NCBI GenBank assembly: GCA_964528305.1
Contig: CAZGSD010000001.1
Location: 133,749 to 197,748 of the forward strand
From: an uncultured Candidatus Peribacteria bacterium
GTDB lineage: Bacteria; Patescibacteriota; Gracilibacteria; UBA1369
Reading direction: 5' to 3'
Length of the DNA stretch: 64,000 nt
This document shows, piece by piece, positions 25,429 through 36,007 of this stretch (position 1 is its first letter; each line of letters opens with the position of its first letter). The position numbers and the translations under genes are program-made. Below the pieces are notes generated by a model. That model was not told the origin of the DNA and did not search any database. It saw nothing but the letters and a program-made list of their open reading frames with translations.

Positions 25429-28257
25429 ATGGCGGAAATGACTCCCATGATGCGGCAATATTGGGAAATTAAAAAAGAGGCGGCGGACTGTATACTGTTT
25501 TTTCGGCTGGGGGATTTTTATGAGATGTTTGAGCAGGATGCTTTGACTGCCGCCGAGATGCTCGGCATCACTCTGACTGCCCGTAGCAAAGGCGATAATC
25601 GCATCCCCATGTGTGGTATCCCCTATCATTCGGCGGCCGGGTATATAGCTAAACTGACACGGGCCGGGCGGAAAGTGGCTATTTGTGAACAGGTGAGCGA
25701 TCCGAGTTTGCCGGGTATAGTGAAGCGGGAAATTGTGCGGGTGATTACACCCGGCACCACGGTGGATGAAAATGTACTGGATGATAAAACTTCTAATTAT
25801 TTATTGGCGCTGGGGTGGACAGGGGGCCGAGATGTGGCAGGTAGTGGAGAGCCTGTGGGAACATTGTCCGGTGCCAGGTTGCATGGCGCTCTAGCAGATG
25901 CCCTGACTGAGGCGGGCCGAGGCGAGCTGATTGGGGCGGGTGACGCGCAAGGTTGTGGTATTGGCCTGGCCTGGGTGGAAGCTAGTACGGGCGAGTTTTT
26001 TACTGAAATTGTCGGTTCTGTAGCGGAGTTGGTTAATGCCTTGAAAAAATATCGCCCCAGAGAAGTTATTTATGACCCTGCCGCTGAAAACGAGGGATTC
26101 AACTATTTGGTGGCCGAAGCCCGGAAGCATTTTCCCCAAGCTTTTTGGCATGTAGAACGAGGGCCGGCCGCCGCCATAGAACTGTTGGAAAAGCATTTTG
26201 GTGCGGGGCAATCAGGATATGGGCAGCTCTCGGCGGTGGAGCGTGGGGCGGCCGGCCTGGCTTTGGGATTTTTGTCTGCCACTCAAAAAACACAGCCCGG
26301 GGCGGAAAATTTGCGCCATTTAAAAAATTTGGCCCAGCGTCCACAACGTCTGATGACCCTAGACGAGAATACCATTGCCCATCTGGAAATTCTGGAAAAT
26401 GCCCGCGAGAAAAAACTGGAAGGATCTCTGCTCGATATATTGGATAAAACCGTTACCAGCGCCGGTGGTCGTTTGATCAAAAAACTAATAGTAGAACCAC
26501 TAGCTGATCTGCAGATTATTGAGAATAGACTAATGATCATAGACTTTTTCCTGACGCATCAAAATCTGTTGCTGGACATACGCCTGATGCTGAAAAAAGT
26601 TATGGATATAGAAAGAATACTGGGCAGACTCAATCTGGGCAGCGGCAATGCCCGTGATTTGCGTGGACTGATTAATTCTTTTCAGGCCCTGACTGAAATA
26701 CGTCAAAAACTCGATAGAGAAGCCCCCGTACTGGCTGAAGAAATTGGTAATAAGATAGATTTGCAAACAGATTTGATGGCGGAATTGGAGAGAGCCATAG
26801 TGGATGAGCCGCCTTTTTCCACCAAAGAAGGTGGTTTGATACGACCCGGATTCCACCCTGAATTGGATGAACTGCGTGGACTATCCCGTGATGGTAAAAA
26901 TTTTATTGCCGCTTTGCAGGCCAGAGAAATTGAACGCAGTGGGATTAACTCCCTCAAAGTGAAATTCAATAAAGTTTTTGGATATTACATAGAGATCAGC
27001 AATGCCAATTTGGCCCAGGTGCCGCCTGATTATACCCGCAAGCAAACTCTGGCTAATGCTGAGCGCTTCACCACTCCGGAATTAAAAGAATATGAAGAAA
27101 AAATACTGACGGCCGAGGAAAAAATTACCACTTTGGAGGCGCGGCTGTTTGAGGAATTAAGGCAAAAAGTTTTGCAGAAAACCAGCGAATTGAAAACCAG
27201 CGCGGCCGCCAGCGCTTATTTGGATGTGATGAGCGGACTGGCTTTGACCAGCTGGGAAAATCGCTATGTGCGACCACAATTCACCCCAAATTATGATCTA
27301 AAAATCGTGGGCGGCCGCCATCCGGTAATTGAAAAATTGAATCCACAGGATAAATTTATTCCCAATGACACGATGCTGACAGATGATCAGCGGATGATAC
27401 TGATTACCGGGCCGAATATGGGAGGCAAATCGACTTTTCTCCGACAAACCGCCTTGATCGTATTGATGGCCCATCTGGGTATGTATGTGCCGGCGGATAG
27501 TGCTGAAATCCCTCTGGTTGATAGAATTTTTACACGGGTGGGAGCGTCGGACAATCTGGTCAAGGGACAAAGCACTTTTTGGTTGGAAATGGAGGAAACT
27601 GCGACGATTTTAGGCAATGCTACTGAAAAAAGTTTGATTGTGCTGGATGAAATTGGGCGAGGCACCTCCACTTTTGATGGGGTGAGTATTGCCTGGGGTA
27701 TCATGGAGTTTTTGCATGAAAAAGTTCAGGCTAAAACTCTGTTTGCCAGCCATTATCATGAATTGATTAAATTGGCGGATACTTTGCCACGGGCGGCTAA
27801 TTTCAGTGTGAAGGTTGAGGAACATGGGCAGGATGGTGTGACTTTTTTATACACCATCACGCCTGGTGGCATTAATCGCAGTTATGGTATACAGGTGGCC
27901 AAACTGGCCGGCCTGCCGGAGGCTGTGATTACCCGGGCCAGGGAGATTTTACAGGATTTGGAAAAAGAGCAGATTGGCACGGGGCAGCAAAGTTTCGAGT
28001 TTGGGGTGGAGGGCGGTGTGGGCCAAAAGTCTGCGCGCGCAGACTTGGAAACTCGAGAGAGCTCTGCGGATGAAAAAGGCCTTTCTGATCAGTTAAAAGA
28101 TGGCCTAAAGTCTGTGCACACAGACTTTGGTGACCGAGAAATGCCTGTGCGCAGCCATCGCAGTCTGGAGGAATTGAAAAAACTGGATTTGAATACCTTG
28201 ACGCCGCTGGAGGCTTTGAATAAATTGCATCACTTAAAAACTCTCAGTAATGAATAA
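25429..28257 (+). CDS. mutS: DNA mismatch repair protein MutS
   Basis: MAEMTPMMRQYWEIKKE...FFRLGDFYEMF, Walker A GPNMGGKST, and DEIGRGTSTFDG. I prefer the ATG at 25429 over the track's TTG at 25387. Confidence 0.93.
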   Translation: MAEMTPMMRQYWEIKKEAADCILFFRLGDFYEMFEQDALTAAEMLGITLTARSKGDNRIPMCGIPYHSAAGYIAKLTRAGRKVAICEQVSDPSLPGIVKREIVRVITPGTTVDENVLDDKTSNYLLALGWTGGRDVAGSGEPVGTLSGARLHGALADALTEAGRGELIGAGDAQGCGIGLAWVEASTGEFFTEIVGSVAELVNALKKYRPREVIYDPAAENEGFNYLVAEARKHFPQAFWHVERGPAAAIELLEKHFGAGQSGYGQLSAVERGAAGLALGFLSATQKTQPGAENLRHLKNLAQRPQRLMTLDENTIAHLEILENAREKKLEGSLLDILDKTVTSAGGRLIKKLIVEPLADLQIIENRLMIIDFFLTHQNLLLDIRLMLKKVMDIERILGRLNLGSGNARDLRGLINSFQALTEIRQKLDREAPVLAEEIGNKIDLQTDLMAELERAIVDEPPFSTKEGGLIRPGFHPELDELRGLSRDGKNFIAALQAREIERSGINSLKVKFNKVFGYYIEISNANLAQVPPDYTRKQTLANAERFTTPELKEYEEKILTAEEKITTLEARLFEELRQKVLQKTSELKTSAAASAYLDVMSGLALTSWENRYVRPQFTPNYDLKIVGGRHPVIEKLNPQDKFIPNDTMLTDDQRMILITGPNMGGKSTFLRQTALIVLMAHLGMYVPADSAEIPLVDRIFTRVGASDNLVKGQSTFWLEMEETATILGNATEKSLIVLDEIGRGTSTFDGVSIAWGIMEFLHEKVQAKTLFASHYHELIKLADTLPRAANFSVKVEEHGQDGVTFLYTITPGGINRSYGIQVAKLAGLPEAVITRAREILQDLEKEQIGTGQQSFEFGVEGGVGQKSARADLETRESSADEKGLSDQLKDGLKSVHTDFGDREMPVRSHRSLEELKKLDLNTLTPLEALNKLHHLKTLSNE

Positions 28258-30241
28258 AATAGCCCTGCTGCCAGAACAGCTGATCAATCAAATCGCCGCC
28301 GGTGAAGTGGTAGAGCGACCGGCTTCCATAGTCAAAGAAATGCTGGAGAATTCCGTGGATGCGGGCGCGCGCAAAATCGTGGTGGAAATCGGGAATGGCG
28401 GTGTTTCCAGAATCAAAATTACTGATGATGGTTGTGGTATGTCAGAAGAAGATTCGCTGCTGGCCTTGCAGCGGCATGCCACTTCCAAGATTCGTTCGCT
28501 GGAGGATTTACTGGCTGTGCAGAGCATGGGATTTCGGGGTGAAGCCCTGGCCAGTATCGCTTCGGTATCTAAATTGACTTTGCGTACGCGCCCACGCGCA
28601 TCTGAGACTGTGGCCGATTCATCCGGCACGGAAGTCTATGCCGAAGGTGGAAAAATTCTGCGGGTGCAACCGGCGGGCCTTTCTGCTGGTACGGAAATTG
28701 ATGTAGTGGATTTGTTTTACAATACTCCGGCGCGTTTTAAATTTTTAAAATCCATTAGTACTGAATATCAGAATATCCTGGACACAGTGTTGAACGCGGC
28801 TCTCAGTTGGCCGGAAATTGCTTTTAAACTGATTAGTGTGGATGAGCAAGGGGAGATGAAAATACCGCTGGATTTGCCGGCGACGGATGATTGGCTGGTG
28901 CGACTGCGGGGAGCGCTGGGCAAAGGCATCAGTGATGATTTGATACCAGTTTATTATGGTGGAGTGAATTTGAAAATCAGTGGATTTATAGGTAAGCCAG
29001 CCTTGTCACGGGCCAATCGCAGCATGCAGTATTTTTTTGTGAATAATCGTCCGATCAGCTCGCATGTTTTGTCCTATGCCGTGAAGCAGGCTTATCATTC
29101 ATTGCTGCCAAAAGAGCGCCATCCAGTGTTTGTGATTAAATTTGATCTGGATCCGTCACTGGTCGATGTCAATTGCCACCCCCGCAAGACTGAGGTGAAA
29201 TTTCGCGATGAGAGAGAGGTCTATCGGGTGCTAAGTATGGCCTGTGGGAAGGCTTTGGAGGAAGCAGTATTGGCGCCGAAATTTGAGCAGCATAATTTGA
29301 ATTATTATCAGGAGCGGCGGCCGGGGGCGGTAGGGCCGGTGGGAGTGCGGCCGGAAGTGCGGGAGTTGAACCCCGTGATAGCCGCGAATTTACCTGCTAT
29401 GGCGGAAGTAAATGCTGATGTCAGTTATCAGAATGAACAGGTGGTGACATTTCCACATCCGCCAGAATTTAAAACAGTGGAGGGAGCTCTTAGTGGAAGC
29501 CAATTGGGAGGCGTGAATCAGATGAATAGCCAGGCAGAGCAATTATCCTGGCAGGGACAGGACAGGACAGATGTAGACAGCCCAGAGGATCAGATCAATC
29601 AGCCAACACTGACTGTCCTAGGACAGCTTAATAATAGTTTTATATTATGCCAGCGGGGAAACGATTTGGCTATTGTCGATCAACACGCGGCGCATGAACG
29701 CATTCGTTACAATAGTCTGATGGCGGATGGCGCGGATTTGGAACGCGTGATTCAGCCACTGTTAATGCCCATCAATATTGAGCTCTCCCCTGCTGATATT
29801 GCCGTGCTCGATGCTAACAAAACTGTGCTGGATGAGGTGGGTTTGAAATTGGAACATTTTGGTGGGAATACTTTTGCCATTAGTGAGGTGCCCGGGTTTT
29901 TGGTGAAAAGCGACGTGGAAAAACTGCTGCTGGGACTCGTGGATGATTTGCGCAATAGTGAAGGTAGTTTGCAGGGTCATAAAGGCGATTTATTTGCCCG
30001 TAAAGAAAAAATTCTTACCTATATGGCCTGCAGGTCGGCGGTGAAATTTGGCGACCCTTTGAGCCGCGAAGAAATGGTGGCGCTGGTGGAACAATTGGAA
30101 AAAACCACTTTTGGCAATGCCACCTGCCCGCATGGCCGGCCAATTATGGTAGTGCTGGAAAATGGAGAATTGTGGAGCCGGTTTGGGCGGCGTTATACTG
30201 GGTTTTTTGAAAAGGAGAGGTTTGGCGGGGTGAATTGTTGA
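28250..30241 (+). CDS. mutL: DNA mismatch repair protein MutL
   Basis: LPEQLINQIAAGEVVERPASIVKEMLENSVDAGA, DDGCGM and GFRGEAL motifs. It overlaps the mutS stop by 8 nt. Confidence 0.93.
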   Translation: MNKIALLPEQLINQIAAGEVVERPASIVKEMLENSVDAGARKIVVEIGNGGVSRIKITDDGCGMSEEDSLLALQRHATSKIRSLEDLLAVQSMGFRGEALASIASVSKLTLRTRPRASETVADSSGTEVYAEGGKILRVQPAGLSAGTEIDVVDLFYNTPARFKFLKSISTEYQNILDTVLNAALSWPEIAFKLISVDEQGEMKIPLDLPATDDWLVRLRGALGKGISDDLIPVYYGGVNLKISGFIGKPALSRANRSMQYFFVNNRPISSHVLSYAVKQAYHSLLPKERHPVFVIKFDLDPSLVDVNCHPRKTEVKFRDEREVYRVLSMACGKALEEAVLAPKFEQHNLNYYQERRPGAVGPVGVRPEVRELNPVIAANLPAMAEVNADVSYQNEQVVTFPHPPEFKTVEGALSGSQLGGVNQMNSQAEQLSWQGQDRTDVDSPEDQINQPTLTVLGQLNNSFILCQRGNDLAIVDQHAAHERIRYNSLMADGADLERVIQPLLMPINIELSPADIAVLDANKTVLDEVGLKLEHFGGNTFAISEVPGFLVKSDVEKLLLGLVDDLRNSEGSLQGHKGDLFARKEKILTYMACRSAVKFGDPLSREEMVALVEQLEKTTFGNATCPHGRPIMVVLENGELWSRFGRRYTGFFEKERFGGVNC

Positions 30242-30270
30242 GATTTGTTACTAATCTTTTAAAGATTAAA

Positions 30271-30750
30271 ATGATGACGTCAATTTATCAAAATATTGTT
30301 GATCTTCTGCAGAAACATCAGATTTCTTACCGAGAATTTGATCATGAGCCTATTTTGAATTATGAGGATGCGGAGCGTGAGAAAAAGCGCTTTGCCTGGA
30401 CTGGAGTGGAAAGCAAGAATGTTTTTTTGAGTGGCTCGGATGGTAAATATTATCTTTATGTTACGGTGCAGGGCCAGAAAGTTGATTTCAAGAAATTGAA
30501 AGATTGGCTGGGGGTCAAGCTTTCCATAGCTTCCGCCGATGAAGTGATTAATGTAATTCACTGTGTACCTGGTTGTGTGGCTCCTTTTGGCTTTGATCAA
30601 TCGATTATAGTATTAATTGATCCGCTAATTTTTCAGCATGATGACTATTTATTTTCACCTGGTGTCACCACCAAAACTATTCAGGCGAATGTTCAGGATT
30701 TGAAGAAAATATGGGTGGATTTGCCGAATGAAGTGAAGGAGGTGAAATAA
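30271..30750 (+). CDS. YbaK/ProX-like aminoacyl-tRNA deacylase domain protein
   Basis: ...GVESKNVFL...KVDFKKLKDWLG.KLSIASADEV......PGCVAPFG follows the YbaK/EbsC pattern. The ATG at 30271 lies inside the track ORF that begins at 30235. Confidence 0.65.
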   Translation: MMTSIYQNIVDLLQKHQISYREFDHEPILNYEDAEREKKRFAWTGVESKNVFLSGSDGKYYLYVTVQGQKVDFKKLKDWLGVKLSIASADEVINVIHCVPGCVAPFGFDQSIIVLIDPLIFQHDDYLFSPGVTTKTIQANVQDLKKIWVDLPNEVKEVK

Positions 30751-30784
30751 AAAAGAGCCGGATACGATGTAAGCGGCTCTTTTT
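30751..30784. terminator. Bidirectional intrinsic terminator between convergent genes
   Basis: aaaagagccg (30751-30760) and cggctctttt (30774-30783) form an A/T-flanked stem around a 13-nt loop. Confidence 0.75.
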
Positions 30785-30802
30785 AAAATGGGATGTATTA
30801 AA

Positions 30803-31735
30803 TTAATATGACAGCAAAAGAGCATCGACTGGGACATTGGTGGTAGCCGTACCAGCATCCATGGACTGGAGAGTGACTAATAAATGATCATCCACACCCG
30901 CCTGTTCATTGAGCAGCGTGGCTGTGTCTGTAAAGACATGAATTGGATTAGTGGTATTTTTATCCAATTGCCATGGCCGGTGGAGGGTATAAAGAATTTC
31001 GGCATGCCCGGCATCTATATTAACTATGGAGCTAGTTCCACGCATTGGATTACCAAAGTTATCCATTAATTCCACGTTCACTCCGCTACCAGGATCTATA
31101 GATCCTGTATCACTAACAAAATTAAAGCTGATTTGTCTGATGGAAGCGTAGCCATTGTCTGTGCTTATATTAAATCCTGCAACACGGTCCTTTGCTGATA
31201 CAGGACGTGCTCCACTTGGAGAGGTAGAACTGACGTTGATTAAGACTTGGTGGGGAGAACAATTTATCCAATCAGGATGTAGTGATCCGATGGTATAATG
31301 CTCACCGTCCGCCTCCCACCAATGGGTACCAGATTCTCTCAAATAGGATCCTTCTGGGTATTTGGAGCAAAATGTCGCACCAAGTGTAGTGAGAATTTCT
31401 TCTGTACAGCTGTCGTCCACTTCTTTTGTTGAATAGAAATTGGTACCTGTGGAAATTTTTTCATAACCAAGCCCGGAATCTGGATCAGCATATAGTGGGA
31501 AAGTGGGGCTGGTAGCATGTAAATCCCTGACAATACAGACACCTTTATACGGTGTGTAGGGATTTCTAGAATCAAGCACTTGTTTTAAAATAGGGGCTTT
31601 CTGTATTTGCAGCCAATCTCGTAATGACCCTTTGAATAAATCACCATTGGCGTTGGAGATGAGAACTCCGCCGACGGCGATGGCCAGGACCAGACCGATA
31701 ATGATATAGAACGTTTTTTTGTTTGCTGATTTCAT
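30803..31735 (-). CDS. Hypothetical secreted or membrane-anchored protein
   Basis: 310 aa with the N-terminal anchor KTFYIIIGLVLAIAVGGVLI. The remainder is Cys-containing and beta-rich. No recognisable motif. Confidence 0.6.
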   Translation of the reverse strand: MKSANKKTFYIIIGLVLAIAVGGVLISNANGDLFKGSLRDWLQIQKAPILKQVLDSRNPYTPYKGVCIVRDLHATSPTFPLYADPDSGLGYEKISTGTNFYSTKEVDDSCTEEILTTLGATFCSKYPEGSYLRESGTHWWEADGEHYTIGSLHPDWINCSPHQVLINVSSTSPSGARPVSAKDRVAGFNISTDNGYASIRQISFNFVSDTGSIDPGSGVNVELMDNFGNPMRGTSSIVNIDAGHAEILYTLHRPWQLDKNTTNPIHVFTDTATLLNEQAGVDDHLLVTLQSMDAGTATTNVPVDALLLSY

Positions 31736-31814
31736 GTGTTTTTTATTTTTGATAATTATTTCTTTAATTATACCACCCCCCCCGTGAGCGTCAAGATGGA
31801 TATCCTACTCTGCT

Positions 31815-34100
31815 TCACCTCGCCACCACCGCGCGCAGTTGATAGATGTCGTGCAGATTGACCACTTCTTCGCTGCGCGCGGTGGTGGCTTCGTCCTGGC
31901 GGCTGGTGGCGAGCAGCGTGAGTGCCGGCGACAGTTGGAGAGTTTTTTTGAGTTGCGTGGGGACCAGGGTTAGCTGATTTTGTGCGGTGAAGCGATATAG
32001 TGTCGCCGGCGATAGGTCGAGACGGAAAGGCAGGCGATAGCGCAAAGTGATTTGATTTTCCGTGCCGGCCGCTACCGTCATGGGGAATAGCAAAGTGGTT
32101 TTTTTAAGTTCGCTATCATGCCGCACGAGGATATCCTGGCGGGCTACGCCTTGGCTGGTTTCCAGCTCGGCTCCCAGGGGCAGGTAGACTTTTAGATAAA
32201 CTTTATTGTCCCCTCGTCCCAAAATTTGCTGCCAGCCCTCTGCCATTTCGCCAAAACCAAAACGTTTCAAAACCGAATTATACCGATGTAATTCATTTTC
32301 CGTCCAATTGTGACGCCGCTCGATAGTGAGCTCGTCATAGACTGTCCCGTCCGGCTCGATAAAGGTGTTATGGGTCAGATTTTGAGTGATATACAAATCA
32401 CTTTTATTACCTCCGATAGATGTAGCCACCACCTGCAAAAAATCCTCCTGCGGCTCCAGCGCCGATTGATGGGGCGTCAGATGATAGCGTTCAAAAAAGG
32501 CCTGAACCACTTCATCACGGGAATAAAAAATAATTTTTTGCTTACGAATAAGCCCAATGGCTGTCTGCAAAATAGCGGCCGGATTGTTGCTCTGCAGAAT
32601 TTTATCTCGGAAAGCCTCAATAGTTTTGCCCAGGATAACTTTCGGATGATCCTCACCAAAATATTTAGATTCAATCAAATACCCCAAAATCATTTGGAAG
32701 TTATTGCTGTCCAGATCGGCATGCAGCGGTGGCACGCGCAGTGGCCCCAGATCAGCTAGTATCTCCCCAATGGCGCTTTGATTAATGGCTATGACAGTAT
32801 CGACTGATGGCCCTTTGGACTTTTGCAGAAACCAGGCCGCTTTTTCAGCAGAAATGGCGAAGTCGGGAGAATAATTACTATCGCGCAACCGCCAATTATC
32901 CGTGATACGGGCTATTTCTTCGGGGGCGGCGATGTCTTCATTCAACTGACCATCGTATTGATAAACATCATGAAAATCGGCGCGGCTGACCAGCCCGTCA
33001 TTGATATCTACTATGAGCAGGGACCCGATAAAACCGCCGGTGGGACGGGCTTCCGTGTCATTTTGCAGCAGTAGCAGGTAGCGATGTGGATAGCGGTCGC
33101 CCAAAAGTTCTAGAATAGCGGGGAAATGTTCAGAAAGATCACTTAAGAAGTTGTCGATTTTATCGAGACGCTCTTTCAGTCCACCCAGCCCTTCACGATA
33201 CTGTTCCGGAAGCATGGTGATATTGACATCGGCCAATAAATTTTTGGCGGCAGCGATTTTGCCTGAAGCCTGACTGATATTGGCTAAATCCTGGCGTAGC
33301 TGATCGGTGAGCGAGGGGGTACGATTGGCTGGATCGACTTCGGGAGCCTCAGGCTGTTGTGAAACGCCCGCTGGTGGTGGATTATTGCCTATATGTACAG
33401 CTTGATTGGCCTGTAAAAATAGTGTTGGCCATTCCTGTAGACGTCCGGCTGAGGCAGTAAAAAGTTGACCGGCTTCAGCTATGTATTGACCGGCAGACAG
33501 CATGTTTTCGAGAGAACGCACATCCGCCTGTTGACTAAAAATATTGGAAGTGCGCAGAAAGGAGATTTTTTCCAGAGCCTGATTGAAATTATTTTCGGCT
33601 TCACCAAAAGCTGTCTGGGCTTGGTTGGGACTTTGCTGCGTGACCTGCTGAACACCGGCCAAAATACCATCCACCCCGCTGGAAGCACTGGAAATCAGTG
33701 TGGACTGTACTCGCAGTGAGCTGCTGAAAATCTGGCCTAGATTAATCACAAATACTACCAGCAAGCCGGCCGCTACCAATTGGGATAAATGCCAGACGTG
33801 GGAGAGGCGCGGCCTCGCGGCGCCACTGGGGGTGGGCAGTTCCGGTCGATTGATCAGATGAAAGGCTGGGGCTGGTTGGGACGCTGCGATGCTGTCCAGG
33901 CGCCGCGTGGCCGCGCGAGCCCGATGCTGCCGAGGCCCTTCAGCCTGGCCGACCTGAAAAGCCTTCAAATCCAAGATGTGATTAGATGTATTGGGAGTAT
34001 CAGCGCGCGCGGCAGCGGCACCAGTAGATGGAGTGTTTTTGAGATCAAGTTGCTCTATTTGTTTTACTTTGCTCAAGTCATTGAGCTTGTAAAGCGCCAT
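31815..34100 (-). CDS. Large membrane-anchored extracytoplasmic protein, possibly DUF4012 family
   Basis: 761 aa with an Arg/Ala-rich N-terminus and one TM (LVAAGLLVVFVINL). The internal motif ...NDTEARPTGGFIGSLLIV... is one I associate with DUF4012, from memory only. Confidence 0.5.
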   Translation of the reverse strand: MALYKLNDLSKVKQIEQLDLKNTPSTGAAAARADTPNTSNHILDLKAFQVGQAEGPRQHRARAATRRLDSIAASQPAPAFHLINRPELPTPSGAARPRLSHVWHLSQLVAAGLLVVFVINLGQIFSSSLRVQSTLISSASSGVDGILAGVQQVTQQSPNQAQTAFGEAENNFNQALEKISFLRTSNIFSQQADVRSLENMLSAGQYIAEAGQLFTASAGRLQEWPTLFLQANQAVHIGNNPPPAGVSQQPEAPEVDPANRTPSLTDQLRQDLANISQASGKIAAAKNLLADVNITMLPEQYREGLGGLKERLDKIDNFLSDLSEHFPAILELLGDRYPHRYLLLLQNDTEARPTGGFIGSLLIVDINDGLVSRADFHDVYQYDGQLNEDIAAPEEIARITDNWRLRDSNYSPDFAISAEKAAWFLQKSKGPSVDTVIAINQSAIGEILADLGPLRVPPLHADLDSNNFQMILGYLIESKYFGEDHPKVILGKTIEAFRDKILQSNNPAAILQTAIGLIRKQKIIFYSRDEVVQAFFERYHLTPHQSALEPQEDFLQVVATSIGGNKSDLYITQNLTHNTFIEPDGTVYDELTIERRHNWTENELHRYNSVLKRFGFGEMAEGWQQILGRGDNKVYLKVYLPLGAELETSQGVARQDILVRHDSELKKTTLLFPMTVAAGTENQITLRYRLPFRLDLSPATLYRFTAQNQLTLVPTQLKKTLQLSPALTLLATSRQDEATTARSEEVVNLHDIYQLRAVVAR

Positions 34101-34120
34101 AGGATGATTTTTGGTGTTTT

Positions 34121-35785
34121 TTAAAATTTAAGCTGATAAACGCCGAGCACGCCAATTTCAGTAAATTTTTTGGCCATGGAAACGGACTTTAGTGGATGCA
34201 GATCAGAGTTGAGAGGTGATAAATCGCTGATATTCATCTGATAGACTTCCAGCGGTTTATCCAAACCATAGTTAGAGACAGATTTGCTACTGGGTTTAAG
34301 GGAAATCATATCTTCTAAAAGCGGACTGGAGGTTGTGATAAGCAGATAATGCTCAGCGCTATTTACCAGCGCATAGATATTGAAGCTTGGAGAAATATTT
34401 AATTGTTCAACAGGATGGCCAGCGATATTGATAGTACTGAAGGTTGCGGCTGTTAATTCAGGAGAAAGTTCCTCTCCCACGGTGCCATCTGGCAAAGTAA
34501 AAGATCGTGCCTGGCCATACAGTATACCAGCTAATTGTGAGCCGATGGCGCGAAGGAAAGGCTGTAAAGTCAGTAAATTGTCAGCTGGACTATCACTCTG
34601 GATAATCATTCCAAACTCAAATTCATTATCCACTGCCCGCCCAAAGATTAAAACCTCTTGGCTCAATATGGAAAAGAACTTATCTAAATCCACCGGTTCT
34701 CCACCTGGAATGGTTAAAAAATCCTGTAAAGCCTGTCGAACCCCTGCTCGCATAACCTTATCCAAAGCCGATTGTCCGCTCATGGCTGCCTGCAGTTTAT
34801 TAGTCTGATCTGGTATATTAACTCCTCCCCAATAAAATCCCGTACCGGCCGGCAACAGGGATTCCAAGTATCCATGATAAAAATAATCCACGTTGAATAG
34901 ATTGGGTGGCGATAATTTATCTCGATTAAATAAAGCTAAATGCTTAAACTCCAACTGCTTTGCTCCTCCAACAGTATCCGTCAACTGAATAGAAACTGCT
35001 TCAGAATTGAATAGTCGAAGCATTGGCAAGAGGAGCTGAAAAAACGCTTTATCGCCGGTTGCCAAAGCGCTACTGCGGCTGAGCATATTGATGATCTGAC
35101 TGCGATTCAGATAGAGCCAGCCGATATTTTGATCGGGCAAAGCGGAGGCCAGCTTCAGATAATTTGGCGATTTGCGCAATGATTGATGCTGACCAGAGAG
35201 TGTGCCAGCAATTAATTTTAAATTGTCGCGATTTTCAGTCAGAATTAACCAGTCACCGCTGAGCATGAGATGATAGACTAGCCCGCTGCGAAAAGACAGC
35301 AATTTCTGGCCCTGATAAGTTTCTTCCAGCAAACTATCATTGCCTGGATCCAGCACCAGCTCATTGATCCAGTCTAAAACTTTTCCATGATCTTTCTGTT
35401 GCAAGAAAATAAGCAATTCAGGCCGTTGCCCATAACTGTCGGACAGTACAGCCAATCCCCCACGCCCGCTCCACCATTGATGAAAAAGATCGCTATGCGG
35501 TATATATTGCTGCAGCTGCTGAAAATGATTATTCAGTGTTTGATTCTGCCCAAGCCACTCGGATAATTGTGCCGTTTCGCGATGGGATGGATCCAGGTTA
35601 AACTCAACAAATCCCAGCGTACGCTGCTCTGGAAGAAAACTAGCCAAGCGACCACTGTTGGTGATTTTTTGCCAATAGAGCAGTGTAAAAATAGCGCTCA
35701 CCCCCAGTACAGCCAGCAAAATCAATACCCCGTAAAAGCGCTTAGTGATGAGATTTTTTAGATTAATTAAAGTTTTTTTCGACAT
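34121..35785 (-). CDS. Hypothetical membrane-anchored protein
   Basis: 554 aa with the N-terminal TM YGVLILLAVLGVSAIFTLLYW. It lies 20 nt downstream of the previous gene on the same strand. Confidence 0.6.
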   Translation of the reverse strand: MSKKTLINLKNLITKRFYGVLILLAVLGVSAIFTLLYWQKITNSGRLASFLPEQRTLGFVEFNLDPSHRETAQLSEWLGQNQTLNNHFQQLQQYIPHSDLFHQWWSGRGGLAVLSDSYGQRPELLIFLQQKDHGKVLDWINELVLDPGNDSLLEETYQGQKLLSFRSGLVYHLMLSGDWLILTENRDNLKLIAGTLSGQHQSLRKSPNYLKLASALPDQNIGWLYLNRSQIINMLSRSSALATGDKAFFQLLLPMLRLFNSEAVSIQLTDTVGGAKQLEFKHLALFNRDKLSPPNLFNVDYFYHGYLESLLPAGTGFYWGGVNIPDQTNKLQAAMSGQSALDKVMRAGVRQALQDFLTIPGGEPVDLDKFFSILSQEVLIFGRAVDNEFEFGMIIQSDSPADNLLTLQPFLRAIGSQLAGILYGQARSFTLPDGTVGEELSPELTAATFSTINIAGHPVEQLNISPSFNIYALVNSAEHYLLITTSSPLLEDMISLKPSSKSVSNYGLDKPLEVYQMNISDLSPLNSDLHPLKSVSMAKKFTEIGVLGVYQLKF

Positions 35786-36007
35786 GAATAAAAATAACAG
35801 GAAAGGCAGTGGAAATTATGGCAGATTTGAGTGGGGAATCCAAGGGGGAAAAGCTGGGAAAAACACAAAAGCCACTAGCGCCTTGTCGACAGCACGAGAC
35901 ACCAACTAGGTATTCGTGATAACTTTTAAAACTACCAACAAAATAATTCCAATCAAATGCTCTAAAAGTATCCTTATAGAGCCTTTGAAGATTGACAGAA
36001 CTAGATA

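Noticed and set aside
28021-28130. Possible mini-CRISPR (two palindromic repeats separated by a roughly 55-nt spacer)
   Set aside because: There are only two imperfect copies. They lie inside the mutS reading frame, the spacing is exactly 27 codons, and no cas genes are present. I read it as an in-frame duplication, and it is reported as a low-interest finding instead.
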